Of a stretch of 64,000 nt of DNA, positions 46,728 to 58,283 are shown in pieces (position 1 is the stretch's first letter; each line of letters opens with the position of its first letter). The position numbers and the translations under genes are program-made. The stretch lies in IMG/VR virus record IMGVR_UViG_3300048606_000139; one strand, 5' to 3'. A model generated the notes under the pieces. It worked only from the letters and a program-made list of their open reading frames with translations. It made no database searches and had not been told where the DNA came from. Origin of the DNA: an uncultured virus (IMG/VR IMGVR_UViG_3300048606_000139). Its lineage: Duplodnaviria; Heunggongvirae; Uroviricota; Caudoviricetes.

Positions 46728-47646
46728 ACCCTTGGCCCGTCCCTTGCTCTGTGGCGGGCCGGGGGAGGAGGCCACATGCAACGTGTCATCGCCGTGAGAA
46801 ACCCCGCCGAGCTGCTCAACGAGATCACCCGCGCCGAGCGCCGCTGGGAGATGGTGACGAGCTGGTACTGCCGAAACCGTGGCGAACTGCCGGGCGTCGA
46901 GGCGGTGTCAGCCGGCGGTGTGCTGCATCGGATCGAGTTGGATGAGTCCGTGGGTGAGGCAGCCTAGTTGCCTCGGTGGGGCGGGCGTGTGCACCTCACC
47001 CCAGCCCGCGCTCGAAGCACTCCGGACACAACCTATCCGGCTCGCTATCCGCCAGCGGCACGTTCCCGCACACGCGGCACAAGTGCTCCGTGCACGAGCC
47101 TGTTGGGCGCAGACACGTCTCCATGTACTGCCACCCCGGAGCGAGGCAGATGGCGCGCTGGCATCCGCACGGCAGCGGGTCGAGGACGTTGAGCCAAGTG
47201 TCGGTCATATGCGGCGCTGCCATGTGAGGATGGCGGTTGTCTGAGGTCGACCAGCGATCCACGCGCATAGAATGCAGGTTGTGAACCCGTGTACACACGG
47301 GCGTCGGCGCGGCTCATTGCGATACCCAACGTCGCCGCCTTCGAGTACGCGTTGTGCCTCATGCACGGCCGCGGTAAACTTGCGGAACGGTCGGCGGCGG
47401 GCGCGGCGCATCAATCCTCTCCGAGCTCGATGCACGGGTTCGGCTCATCACGCTTGAAGATGTCGCTGTGCGCTTGCCACTCGGTGGCCGTGCCCTTGCG
47501 CAGCGCCTCAAGCGTCCGCTTGTTTGGCACGGTTGCCCTGAGCCACCCGTCGCAGCCATTGGTAGGGATGATCAGAACGCGCGGCCCGTCACACGGTTCG
47601 ACGCGCGCGTCTGTAGAGTTCTTGTCGGGTGGCGGCGAAGTCGTGC

Positions 47647-47997
47647 TCATCGCGCCATCTCCAGCTCACTCCGACGCGCCCGCGCCTCCTGCACAACCTC
47701 GGCCGGCGCACGCTCCACGAAGCCAGCGTTGGCGAGCTTCTTGTCGAGTGCCGCAATCTCCTTCTCGATCTTCAGCGCACGACGGGCGGGACGTTCCCGC
47801 TCCTTGCCTTCGTCGATCAGGCCGGTGAGATCGGACGTAAGCGGCAGTCCTTCGATCACAACCGTGACGCTGTTGCGCGCCCTGACGTATTCCGGCCCAA
47901 CGATGCTCAGCTTGACGTTGGCCAAACTCTCGAGTGTTCGGCTCTCGCGAATCAGCAAGCGCGCTGTGCGCAGGGCAGCGTCGTTCATCGTCGCCAC
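47647..47997 (-). CDS. Protein resembling the C-terminal coiled-coil tRNA-binding arm of valyl-tRNA synthetase
   Basis: L.GLID...E..R....KIEKEIAALDKKLANAGFVERAPAEVVQEARAR. Confidence 0.75.
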   Translation of the reverse strand: MATMNDAALRTARLLIRESRTLESLANVKLSIVGPEYVRARNSVTVVIEGLPLTSDLTGLIDEGKERERPARRALKIEKEIAALDKKLANAGFVERAPAEVVQEARARRSELEMAR

Positions 47998-48166
47998 GTC
48001 CTAACATCCCGCGAAACCTGCCACAGCTGCGCCGCCTCGATGCGCAATCGCCACTCCTCCTCCTCGGCGAACAGCGCGGGGAATGCCCATTGCCGGATGG
48101 CTTCGGCGCGCGATTGCCAGTTGATGTGCGCGGTTTGAAGCGTTCTCTTGCTCGTTGGTTGTTGAT

Positions 48167-48469
48167 TCATAGCAGCCACCGATCATGCATCGGACTCACG
48201 TCTAGAAAGACATGACCATCATCCGGATCATAGTTGGCGTTCACGCGCCATTCGCCGCCGGGAAGGGTGCTCGCGTACAGCAGCTGTAGCAGTCGATGTG
48301 ATTCGACGAACAGCGACTCCGGTCGCCGCAGTTTCACCACCACGTATCCGCCTTCTCGGTCGCAAGGATGGTCGTGCGTCTCGCCGTCACCGGAGTCACA
48401 CGTGGGGAAGTCGTGCTCGTTCAAGAGAGCGACGGTGCGCTGTATGCCTGGGTTGATCGTGTCGCTCAT
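48167..48469 (-). CDS. Hypothetical phage protein
   Basis: INPGIQRTVALLN...F.TCDSGDG; AAGGA RBS. Confidence 0.65.
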   Translation of the reverse strand: MSDTINPGIQRTVALLNEHDFPTCDSGDGETHDHPCDREGGYVVVKLRRPESLFVESHRLLQLLYASTLPGGEWRVNANYDPDDGHVFLDVSPMHDRWLL

Positions 48470-49797
48470 GGCTTCCTTTGCACGCAGACCCGTTCTTCAT
48501 ACGGACCATTCAGATAGATGACGTTGCCCGACGTGCTGTATCCGCCAGCGTGCCAGCCGCGCTTCGCTTGCGTCTCCCACTGCGCGCACGTCTCGCAATC
48601 CACGGCTTTGAATACGAGGTAACAGAAGACGGCGGCCACGCAGATCCAGTGAAACGCGGTCACGGTGGCAACCCCGCTCTCTCAAACATTTCCCGATCAC
48701 GCTGCTCGCCAGCCCAGCGCTTTGAAGTTCCCCAACGCGTGATGTACGCGCCGCAGCCGGAGCAACTTTTGACGTCCGGCTTTCTCGACCAGCCGCGCCT
48801 GTGGTACCTCGCGAGCGCGCCACAGGTTGAGCATGGTGGGCGCTTTTCATACGGTCGTAGCCGATCACGCGGGACAATCGGGCAAACATGCGACCCAACA
48901 AACCCGCGCTCGCAGCTGCTGCAGTAGCCCGCGGGGAAGAATGCCCAGGTGTCGGTCATGGCAACTCCCCCAATTTCGCGTGTCCGGCGCGCCACCTGTC
49001 CGCGCAGTCGGCGCATAGATCGTCCGTACACTCGGACGGCAACGGATGCGCCGCGCGACTCACGTAGGGCGTTTCTTCATCGATCAACGCGTAGTTCGTG
49101 GTGTAACGTGCGCCGCACACGTCGCACTGGTAGAGCTCGCGCATCATGGCAACCCCAGCTTCGCGCGCAGTTCACGCACGCTGTCGACCTTGGCCAAGAA
49201 CGTTTCCCAACCACAGCCGAACTTCGTGATCGCCACCTCGGCCAGCAGCGCGCCGACCGCTGCGTCGTACTCAGCCCGGAGCGCATCGTTCGGCCGGATA
49301 AATCCGGCCTGCATGCAGATGTCGCAAAGGTCTCCGGCATAGTCGGAGCCGCATCGAGCGCAGAGTCTGCATGGAACGAGTAGCCTGCGTCGTTCGATCA
49401 TGGCTGCTCCTTCGCCTGCCCAAGCGTGAACCATTCGACGAGACGCTCGGCGCACGGGCGGCAGAGGTCTTTGAACAGACCCTCAACAGGCAACTTCTGA
49501 ACGCTGCCAGCCTCGCGCGCTTCATCGCGCAACTCCAATCGATACTTACGCCCAATACGTGCGTTTGTTGGCCGCTCACTCTCACTCCCGCAGCGGTCGC
49601 ACTTGTCGGTGATGCGGGTACTCATGTTGGCGTCTCAAACTGCAGACCAATCGCGCGCGCCGTATCCAACGCCATCCACGCATACGCGTTGCCCGCAGCG
49701 TCGTACAGAACCACCACGCCATTCTCGTCGAGTTCGTATCGCCAGCACTTGTCGAGCAGGTTCATGCCGGCGGGCTCGCCGTTTTCGAAGTTGGGAT

Positions 49798-50271
49798 TCA
49801 TGGCAGCGGCTCCGACGTTCCACCAACAAGCGCAGACGGCTCTGTTTCATGTGCAATGCCCCAACGAGCATGGGCCGCGAGCTTTGCTATCTCGGATCGG
49901 CGCTCAGGCGAAAGTTTGGCTGCTCGCGCGCGTCCGCCGAACAAGCGGCCCTTTATCGACGCATCCCGGCAATTGTCTGAACACGTGCCCCAGAATAAAT
50001 GTGCTGGGTTGCAGCACGGCGGATTGTCACATCGATGACAACAGAACACGCTCGGGCCAGGCTGCGCTTCCGTCGTGCCGTTCGCAACCATCAGCGCTAA
50101 CCGGTGCGCCTTGATCCTGTGCGTACCGTTGGGCCGGTGCTTTCTGCCGCCTAGCGAGAATACGCCATAGCCATTCTGGTCGCGGCTTCCGGTCCACGGC
50201 CAGCAGGCATCGTCACCGTCGCTTCGATCGATCTTTGCTGAGAACTTTTCCAGATTGATCAGACTAATCAT
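49798..50271 (-). CDS. HNH endonuclease
   Basis: CWPWTG...NGYG, AHRLA, CHRCDNPPCCNPAHL..GT..DN; C-terminal GGRARAAKLSPERRSEIA motif. Confidence 0.85.
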   Translation of the reverse strand: MISLINLEKFSAKIDRSDGDDACWPWTGSRDQNGYGVFSLGGRKHRPNGTHRIKAHRLALMVANGTTEAQPGPSVFCCHRCDNPPCCNPAHLFWGTCSDNCRDASIKGRLFGGRARAAKLSPERRSEIAKLAAHARWGIAHETEPSALVGGTSEPLP

Positions 50272-51727
50272 CGCTCAGTCCCGCCAGCGCTTTGAACGTA
50301 CCCACCTTTGCCCCACACGCTCTGTATTGAATGAAACGGATCGCCGTACGCTTCCGCGGTGATGCCCGGCGGGTGCGTGTTGCCAGACCACGTGCCTATC
50401 CAAGAGCATTGCAGAAGCCAGTGTGCAAGTTCATGGGCTCTCAGGCCAGCATCGTCTCTGCTCGCATCAACGATAGTCGCCATCGGGCACCGCCCACCGA
50501 GATAGCTCAAGCAACCGGCCGAACCGGTGAAGCCTTGATCCTTGTACTGCTGCGCGAGCGGACACGCGACGTTCGTTTCCTTCTGTGTCATGACGCGCCA
50601 CTGCATGCGTGGATCACAAGCCGGCGAAGGCAAGGGCCCGAAGCGTCTCACCCACTCGGCGCGTAGCTCGCTCTCGGGCACGAGTTCGTTGGGGGCGGTT
50701 GGCATTGTCTTGATGGTTGGACATACGTATGCCGGCGTGCAGCCCGTAATCAGCAGCGCCGCGAACAGCGCCGCGCCGATCATCAGCAACCCGATTGCCA
50801 AACTCCATGCGACGCGCTTGTTCATCTTGTTTATCTTGGGTGGTGGGTTACTTGGCAGCGACTGCTCGCGCGCGACGCCTACTGGGGATGGATTGCACAT
50901 TGGGCAGTACGCGCCGAAGCTCGGGAGAATGCCGTTGCACATCGCGCATGGTGTCACTCGCTCGGCTCCATCTTCACAACGCGCCACGCATGCCGCATCG
51001 CAGTTTCGTGACTGGCTTGAACGGAATCGCGCAACCCGCTTCCGTCGAGCAACCACGCCAACGCGTCAGCTTCGGACGTGAACGCCTCCACACATTCGAC
51101 GCGCGTACGGCCCAATAGGGAAGGAGTCGAATGCCAGCCGCCGAGATTTCCGGCCGGACCGACGATGACGTAGACGGTCGGTGGTGGTTGGTTCACGGCT
51201 ACCATTCTCCCGAAGCACCACCGCCACCGAACTCACCGCCACCTGGATCGAAGTCGGGCGTGCTTGACGTCGAGTTGTCCGCCGCGAATCCGATGTCGAT
51301 CGCGGTGTCGACGATTTCGATCAGCGATAAGCCGTAGTCAGGCGCCGTGCTCAGCCCGGGGTCCGGCTGATGCGCCCGCAACAGCTTGACCCGCGTGTCG
51401 CCGCAGTACGCGCAGCACGGGATACGTCCAGTGCGCTTCTCTAGGTTGCCGCGCGTCTGCTCGCGCCGGCACGCTTGGCATTTCATCACGTCGTTGCCGT
51501 GGGTGTTCACGGCTTCACCAATGGGCCGTGACAAGCGTCGGCAAACAACGCCGCGTCCATGGCGATTTGTGGAATGACTCGCTCACTCAATGCGCATTTC
51601 TCGATCAATCCACCCAACACGGCATCACGCGTCGCGTGCCAGCGCTCTTGCCGCTTGGTCTCGGCATCTTGGGCCAGGATGTTTTTCAACTGGCCAGCAT
51701 CCCTCAGCTGCGCTTCGTAATCCGGTC

Positions 51728-52897
51728 TCACGTCCCTACCGCCTTCCCCGCCGCCAAATGCTTCACCACCCACCCGCGCGCACTCTCGATATCCTTCCCC
51801 GCCGCCACAAGCAGCGACGAGTAATCGGCATCTTGTGCACGTGCAATCAGCTCGAGTGCCGCCGCCAGATGATCGACCACACCACTGACGGGTACATGCC
51901 GCGTGTCTTCCAGCACCGCTACCTCGGCCTCCTTCGCGAGCTGCGCCTTGGCTGCCGCGTACTCGCCGCCGGTCAGCTCGGCATTGTCTGCCACCGCGTA
52001 GCCCGCGCGTTGGAGCGCCTTGGTTTCCTCGGAGGGGGCGGTCACCACCGCGGCTTCCGGCGTTGGCTCGGCTTTGACGGTCTTGAAAAACACCGGCGCA
52101 AAGTGGCGCGTCGGTGCCCAGGTCATCTCGCCGTTTGCGGCCAACACGATATAGCCGTGCTCGTGTTCGATCTCGTGATATTCGATCCATGCGGCCGGCA
52201 TCTCGAAAGCGCCGATCGACCCGTCCGCTGGGAACAACGTCTCGCAATCGACGTCGTCGATCTCGATCGCCAATACCTTCGTGGTGCCATCCAGCGTCTC
52301 GTACTCGGTCCACTCCTCCGGCTGCGGCGGCCCCGACACCGTGATCTCCGCGTGGCCTTCGAGTCCGCATGCGGCTTGGGCTGGGGCGGCTGATTGAAGC
52401 GGGACACTGCCGGGCGCGTATGCCGATTCAGGCATGGGCGGCAGCGGTTCGCTGATCGTGTACAGCGTGTGCGCCTCCGCCTGAATTTTGGCGATCGCTT
52501 CGTCCGCGTGCTCGGATGGCAGTTCTCCGGACAGAATGGCCGCTTCAACGCGCTCGCACTCGGCAATCTGCGCGTCGACCGCTGGCTGGTTCGGCGCGAT
52601 TACATACTCGGTAACCTCGAAGCCAGGGCCCGTGCCCGAGCGTGAGGCCACAAGCGTTCCGCCGAACGCTGCTGCCACGTCCTCTGCGCTCGGCGCGTCT
52701 TCCGGCCTCGGGCCATCTCTGTACTCCGACGGCGCCCGCTGGCTCGGCCGCAACGCGCGCTCTGCCAGCGCTTCTGCGTGGGCTTGGTCGGGGTCGGTGA
52801 TGCGAGTCGCGTGCTCGATCGGCCGTTCGCCGGTCGCTGTGGTCTCGGGTTGGACTGCTGCTACAACTGCTTCAGTTGACGTCTCTTCGTCTGCCAT
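51728..52897 (-). CDS. Acidic hypothetical protein
   Basis: AGGA RBS, long Glu/Ala/Pro-rich ORF. Confidence 0.7.
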   Translation of the reverse strand: MADEETSTEAVVAAVQPETTATGERPIEHATRITDPDQAHAEALAERALRPSQRAPSEYRDGPRPEDAPSAEDVAAAFGGTLVASRSGTGPGFEVTEYVIAPNQPAVDAQIAECERVEAAILSGELPSEHADEAIAKIQAEAHTLYTISEPLPPMPESAYAPGSVPLQSAAPAQAACGLEGHAEITVSGPPQPEEWTEYETLDGTTKVLAIEIDDVDCETLFPADGSIGAFEMPAAWIEYHEIEHEHGYIVLAANGEMTWAPTRHFAPVFFKTVKAEPTPEAAVVTAPSEETKALQRAGYAVADNAELTGGEYAAAKAQLAKEAEVAVLEDTRHVPVSGVVDHLAAALELIARAQDADYSSLLVAAGKDIESARGWVVKHLAAGKAVGT

Positions 52898-53086
52898 GAT
52901 TGCTATCCTGTTCTTTGTGTACGCGGATGAACCGCACATCGGGATCGTTGCGCAGCCGGTTGATTACCGACTCGATGTAAACCTTGCTCATGTCGATGCG
53001 ATACAGCCCGAACCACCACGTGCCCCAGGACACGCCCGTGAAAAGCGTGAGGCCGAAGCTTTGGTTGAGGTGGAGCTTGGGTAGCG

Positions 53087-53347
53087 TCATGACCAAGCCA
53101 TGGCAACGGCTCGGACTATCCGCGTCAGTTCCGCCGAGGCGTCCGGTCCGCTGCGTTCGGCCAGCGTAGTGGTGCGGACAAACAGGTCGCTGCCAGCAAC
53201 AAGGTCGAAGCGCAAGATCGCCGCGCACGACATGCAGACGCACCAGTCACCAACGTCGGGCGCCGCGGTCGCGTGACCTGGTGATGCACACGTATTTTCC
53301 TCGAGCGCGTAGCCGCACTCCGGACATTTGGAGTGGCTCAAACTCAT
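53087..53347 (-). CDS. Zn-binding hypothetical protein
   Basis: CPECG...P.VGDWCVCMSCAAILRF. Confidence 0.65.
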   Translation of the reverse strand: MSLSHSKCPECGYALEENTCASPGHATAAPDVGDWCVCMSCAAILRFDLVAGSDLFVRTTTLAERSGPDASAELTRIVRAVAMAWS

Positions 53348-53554
53348 CCCACCGCCTCCAACTCTAAAGTCCCAATCAACAACGCCCGCTTATCCAACTC
53401 GTCATCCAACTGATCGAGCAAATCGAAGTCTTCCTCGGTCAACGCCACCAGCAAGCGAGAGGTGTGCACGTACTGCCGCGCGCGGGTCAGCGTGTAGGCG
53501 TCGGTTACGTTGCCGACGTAGCTGCGGGCGTTTCTCGACCATTGAGGGTGGGGG

Positions 53555-54004
53555 TTACTTGGCATCGGGACTCTCCTGGTCGAACCGAATCGGGTACAGC
53601 TCCGTGTCGAGCGGCTCCTTGGTGAGCGACGCGGACAGCATCTCTGCCCCGACCTGCTCTCCAGTTGTTCGGTCGATCGCGTCCAACGCGAGCAGCATCA
53701 CGCAGTGTGTGTACTGGCCGGACACAAGCAACTCTACGGCGTGCACAGACAACTCGATTCGCGCCCACAGCCTGTCATCGCAGCGTTTGACCTCGCGGAC
53801 CGTGCCGGCACTCGGCTTCGGCCCGGATAGCTCGGCCCTGTGCGTGGCGAAATCGTAATCGACATTCAGCGGCGCCACGCGGCGCTCGGCGTTGCGAACT
53901 ATGTCGTCGAACATCTCTACAGTGAGCGAGATGGGTCCGCTTGCGCCTTGCAGCGTGGACACGCGACCAATGTTCGCCCACGCCGTGGTCGGTTCACTTG
54001 GCAT
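53555..54004 (-). CDS. Stand-alone paralog of the prohead protease domain lacking predicted catalytic residues
   Basis: Colinear similarity to 40717-42195: DYDFA vs DYEHA, YTHCVM vs YRTCSP, AIDRTTGEQVGAEMLSASLT vs AIDRVTGEDIGADLLSVALT. Confidence 0.8.
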   Translation of the reverse strand: MPSEPTTAWANIGRVSTLQGASGPISLTVEMFDDIVRNAERRVAPLNVDYDFATHRAELSGPKPSAGTVREVKRCDDRLWARIELSVHAVELLVSGQYTHCVMLLALDAIDRTTGEQVGAEMLSASLTKEPLDTELYPIRFDQESPDAK

Positions 54005-55358
54005 CGGCGAGCCTCCGGATGCGTTTGTAGATCTCTGCGTCGCCGATATCTTCGCGTGCGAATACCGCTCGATTCATAGACTCCCAGCTGTTGCTCGCAC
54101 GCGCTTCCAGCAACATCTGCACCAGCCGCGCGTCGTCTTGTTCCATGAGCGTGATTATGCGATTGCGCTCGTTGTAGCTTGGGCACGCTCGGCAGAACGT
54201 GTGCCATTCCTTCCCACCATCACCGGTTTGCTTGATCGCCCAGTGATTCGCCAGACAGAGCAACACCAGCGCTTCGTCGTCGAGCGGAGTACGCGCTGCC
54301 GGCAACGCCGGCGCGTGCTCGAGTTGGTCTGCGCGGTAGCATCTGGAAACGTCGTCGGCTATGACCCAATACATGTTGCTGGTCACAACGTTCTCGCGCT
54401 CGACGATGCCGTGCGTTCCAAAGCTCGCTACGCGCACCCGATCGCCGCGCTTGAACGCTGGCTTCGCCACGTTCATCAGCTGCCGCACCGTCTCGCGCTC
54501 CTGCTCGGTCAAGTTGCCCGGGGTAAAGCGCGGCGCTTCATTGGCACCTGGCTCCGGAACCAGCTCGATCGCCGACGCCAACGGCGTACCGTGGCCGGTC
54601 TGATCCCAGCGGACGCTGACTCTGCCCGGTGCGTAATCGCCAATCACGCCGGCGAAAACCCCTTCGATCAGATGGTTGCCCTTCAGCCGCACGCGCATGT
54701 TGACGTGCTGTGAGCCGAACTCTGCCGGCTTCGCTTCCTCGGCCAGCTGCCAGTCGGTGGCGCGCATGTCGCCACAATCATCAACGGCGGTTCGCAGAAC
54801 TTGCCCTGCCGTCTCCGACCTCTCGGAGGTCCAATGCGGTCGGCGCACCATCGCCTCCGGCGCCAGCGTCTTGAGCCAGGCAAACGTGCCGGGGGTTGGT
54901 CGTTTGCCATCGCAATGCGGCGTATGCCCCAGCGTGCTCGGCGAGACGCAGAAGCACATGCCGGCGGTGGGGTCGATCGGCTGCAGCGGCGGAACGCCGA
55001 TGTCGCCCATGAAGTTTGCGCAGGTGCCGACCGCGCATCGGATCTGCGTCACCTTATCTCCCATAATCTCGGTGAGGCTCGCGCGTCTACCGCACAACGC
55101 AGCGGCGGATGCCTGCTGTTCGCGCGCCTTCGTTTCAGCGCGCTGCTTGCAACCGCAGACGTGAGTTCCGCAATCTGGACACGTCCCGTCAGTGCACTGC
55201 GTTGAGCGGCGCTTGTGGATGATCTCCATCTTCGGTGGCGACAACGGGCCGACCGGCTTCACCGTGCGTGCGGATTTGTAAGTGCGTTGAGACCAGCCGG
55301 CCGCGTCCCATGGTTTTGTCATCGTCAATCTCCTCATCGCAGTTTCGAGATTCCCCAC
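53994..55358 (-). CDS. Mosaic hypothetical protein with SH3/KOW-like modules
   Basis: FKRGDRVRV and VRWD..G modules, Cys clusters. Confidence 0.65.
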   Translation of the reverse strand: MGNLETAMRRLTMTKPWDAAGWSQRTYKSARTVKPVGPLSPPKMEIIHKRRSTQCTDGTCPDCGTHVCGCKQRAETKAREQQASAAALCGRRASLTEIMGDKVTQIRCAVGTCANFMGDIGVPPLQPIDPTAGMCFCVSPSTLGHTPHCDGKRPTPGTFAWLKTLAPEAMVRRPHWTSERSETAGQVLRTAVDDCGDMRATDWQLAEEAKPAEFGSQHVNMRVRLKGNHLIEGVFAGVIGDYAPGRVSVRWDQTGHGTPLASAIELVPEPGANEAPRFTPGNLTEQERETVRQLMNVAKPAFKRGDRVRVASFGTHGIVERENVVTSNMYWVIADDVSRCYRADQLEHAPALPAARTPLDDEALVLLCLANHWAIKQTGDGGKEWHTFCRACPSYNERNRIITLMEQDDARLVQMLLEARASNSWESMNRAVFAREDIGDAEIYKRIRRLADAK

Positions 55359-55572
55359 AGAGACGCCGCGATTGCAGCGGCAACACCGAAGACAGTGCCA
55401 ACGTTGCTGAATGCTTCAGGCCAGGTCATCGTTCACGCTCCGCGCCACACCTGGCGCACTTGAGGTACGGGTAGCCAGCGTCCGTGCGCATGGCCTGCCA
55501 CACGTGCAGCCCAGACGCGGACTTGCGACACGGGTCGTTTGCGGATGGGAGGAGTGTTTGCTTGGCCACGCG

Positions 55573-55830
55573 CTACACCAGATCTTCCGGAACGAGTTCG
55601 TGTTGATTGTGGAGCCACGGTCTCAACTGACCGCATAGCCGCGCCATCTTCAGCGCCGCCTTTGGTGTTACGAAGCGCCCGATGTGATCGACGAAGCCGC
55701 GGTCTACGCGGCCTACGAAGCCGTCGGTGCCAGTCTTCTCGAGGATGTGCCGGAGGATATCCTCGTAGCCCGCTGGCCGTGGTAGCGTCCACACGGCGCC
55801 TTCGAAGCGGATGGCGGCGGCGGCGATCAT
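55573..55830 (-). CDS. Hypothetical phage protein
   Basis: IAAAAIR...GF....GRFV...A..A...GQ...L..EDL pattern. Confidence 0.65.
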   Translation of the reverse strand: MIAAAAIRFEGAVWTLPRPAGYEDILRHILEKTGTDGFVGRVDRGFVDHIGRFVTPKAALKMARLCGQLRPWLHNQHELVPEDLV

Positions 55831-58283
55831 CGCACCCTCACCGCCTGCCCAAGCGGCACGCGCAACGGCTCAACGCTCGACGAGCAGAACTCCTCGTTCT
55901 CCTCGCACCACGCCTCGTACTCGCGCTCGAGTACCTCCCAGGAATCGCGGCCACGTTCGATGCCGCAGTCAGAAGTGCAAAACATATCGTGCCAGTCGCC
56001 GAAGCTGATGGCGCCTAGCACCGCGGCTTCGTCCGGATTGCGTGCTTCCGCCCGCTCCCGTAGCGTCTTGATCTTCTGTGATGGCAGCGTGCATGCCCAG
56101 CACGTGCACCGACCGGGTTGCCGAACATCGCGGCCGCGTCTGCTGTTGCGCGAGTCGGTCATCGTTTCACCCACATCGGAGGCGCGGGCTGGTTCAGCAT
56201 CAACTCACAACAGCGGTCGGTTAGCTCCTTGTTCTGCTTGGCCAAGTCGATCGCGAGTGCTGTCAGCACTTCGATGCGCGACATGCCGCGGCAGTGCATG
56301 CCACGCTCGATGTGCGCGCGGTCCAGCATATCGCGCTGAGCCATCGCGATTAGCTCGTCGTCTATCACGCTTCCCCCTTCTGCCTAAGCAACGCCGCCAC
56401 GCTCTCCGCGCATCGCTCGCACACGTCACGCCGCACGAGCACGATCCCTCCATCGTGCATGGTCACAACTGTCATGCGGGTGGGCGACTCGTGGCCGCAG
56501 CAGTCGCAGCGGTAGATGGCGCGTTTCATGACACCCTCAATGGGTTGATGTGCAATCGCAGATCGCCCGCGCGGAAGGTTCCGGTGGCACCAGCCGGCAA
56601 CGTCCGCTGCCACGATGTGACGCAGCCGTCGAACAGCATGTCGCTCAGAGCGCGCGGACCACCCATGCGCCAGAACGCAAAGAAGTCCACTCGCGTAACC
56701 TCGTTACGCACTCGGCGAGCTACGACAACCGGCTGCAGATTGTGAAATGTCCGAACCTCGTGCCGCTCTGGTTTGATCTCCATCCAGATTGAGCGCGGCA
56801 CCTCAACCGGAGGCAACTCGACCATGTTCCAAAACGTTGGCTGGCCAGTGTGCAGCGTGAGCCACATGCTCTTGCCGGTGTCGCTGAGATCGGTGACGCG
56901 TTGGATCATGGCTTCGCCTTCGCCACGTGCCGCGCAAGCCAGCGGTCATCTTTTCTCACGCGCCGGCTGTAGCTGCGTAGCGCCTGCGCCCGATTACGTT
57001 GGGCCCGTTTTCGCGCGCACGGACCGCAGTGGTATCCCACCGTCTTGACTGGACACCGGGCTACGCTACCCGAGAATCGGTCGACGCGTAGTGTGCAGAC
57101 GCAACGTGTTTTGGCGCTACTCATGGTTTCCCCGCCGCCTCAGGGTTGAGCCTGACAGCCTCGACCATTTCGAGCCGGTCGATCTCGGCGTCAATGTCCG
57201 CTAGCCGCACAACATCTTTGCCCAGCAGACCAACGAGTCTGCGCGCTCTCAACAACGGCTGCCTTTCGGCATAGAGATGCACGAGGCGTGCGTGGATATG
57301 CTCTGGCGTTAGTGGGGCGTAGATGTCTTCGCTCACGGTTTCCCCGCCTTCACCACAACCACTCGGCCACCGGGACACAAACACTTGAGCGGACAGCGCT
57401 CGTTCACTGTTGCATGTGCATGGCAGACCTGATCACAAACACCCTGGTGATGTCCGGCAGACACGCCCGTCTCGCAGCCGGCCCACCAAGCTAGAGCGAG
57501 CCAACCGATCGCGTGGACCACGTCGGTCAACCGCTCTCCATGCCACGCGAGACCCGGGCCCTTCATCGCGCCACCGCCCCTTCCCGCTGCGCCCGATTCC
57601 ACAGCTCCGCGGCCCGGTTCTTTCCCCAGTGGGCCCACTCACGCTCGAACGCGCATCGCCGTCCAGACTGGCGGAGTCGCAGACCGAGCCACCGGCGACA
57701 CTCGAACCAGTAGTATTCGCCAGCGCCGACGTGCCAGTCCGCAGTCTTCAGTCTTGGTGTGTTGCCACAGCGCGCGCACAGCATTGGCTCTTGCTTGTCG
57801 GCAACGCCAAGCCATTCGAACACGGGGTTTGGGGAAGCGTCGATCATCGCGCCATTCTCCTACGCGGCGGGACCGTCGAGTTCCCATTACTGGCCCGTTC
57901 CCGCTTCGCCAGTTCAAGCGCGATGTCCCGCTCTGCGTTGCGCGCGTTCCGCTTGCTGTCCAACAGCTGTGCCTGCAGACAGAACTCGTCGCCGGCTTCG
58001 AATGCCGCTTCGGCTTCGTCATTGCTAGGACAACGCCCCAACCCCGGCAGCGGTATCAGCCGAACATGGTCAGCGTTTCGGGGCGGCGGGGTGCATGGCC
58101 GAGTGGAGCGCACGCCTTCAAGCTGCCACCGGATGCAAGCGGGGATTTCACAAAATCGACAGGGGGTTACACAAAATCGGGTAGTGGCCCCTTTTCAAAT
58201 CGGCTGAGCGAACGTTAGGCATGTTAGCCGATCGCGTGGATCGTGCAGGTGACGCCGCGTTGGGCAATGAGTAAACTGCGCGC

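Larger units (their letters stand above)
46996..58113 (-). other. Chain of ~30 small translationally coupled phage hypothetical genes
   Basis: Consecutive 60-450 aa ORFs linked mostly by ATGA/GTGA overlaps, many with CxxC motifs. Confidence 0.75.
1..58179. mobile_element. Tailed (pro)phage region, siphovirus-like with Mu-like head module; left end outside window, right end abuts an IS1-family element
   Basis: Ordered portal-MuF-protease-capsid-tail-tape measure-lysis genes; dense chains of small ATGA/GTGA-coupled ORFs; no tail sheath recognised. Confidence 0.9.

Noticed and set aside
58149..58179. CACAAAATCG direct repeat beside the left IR as a target-site duplication
   Set aside because: Both copies lie on the same side of the IS; could be a regulatory repeat but unsupported
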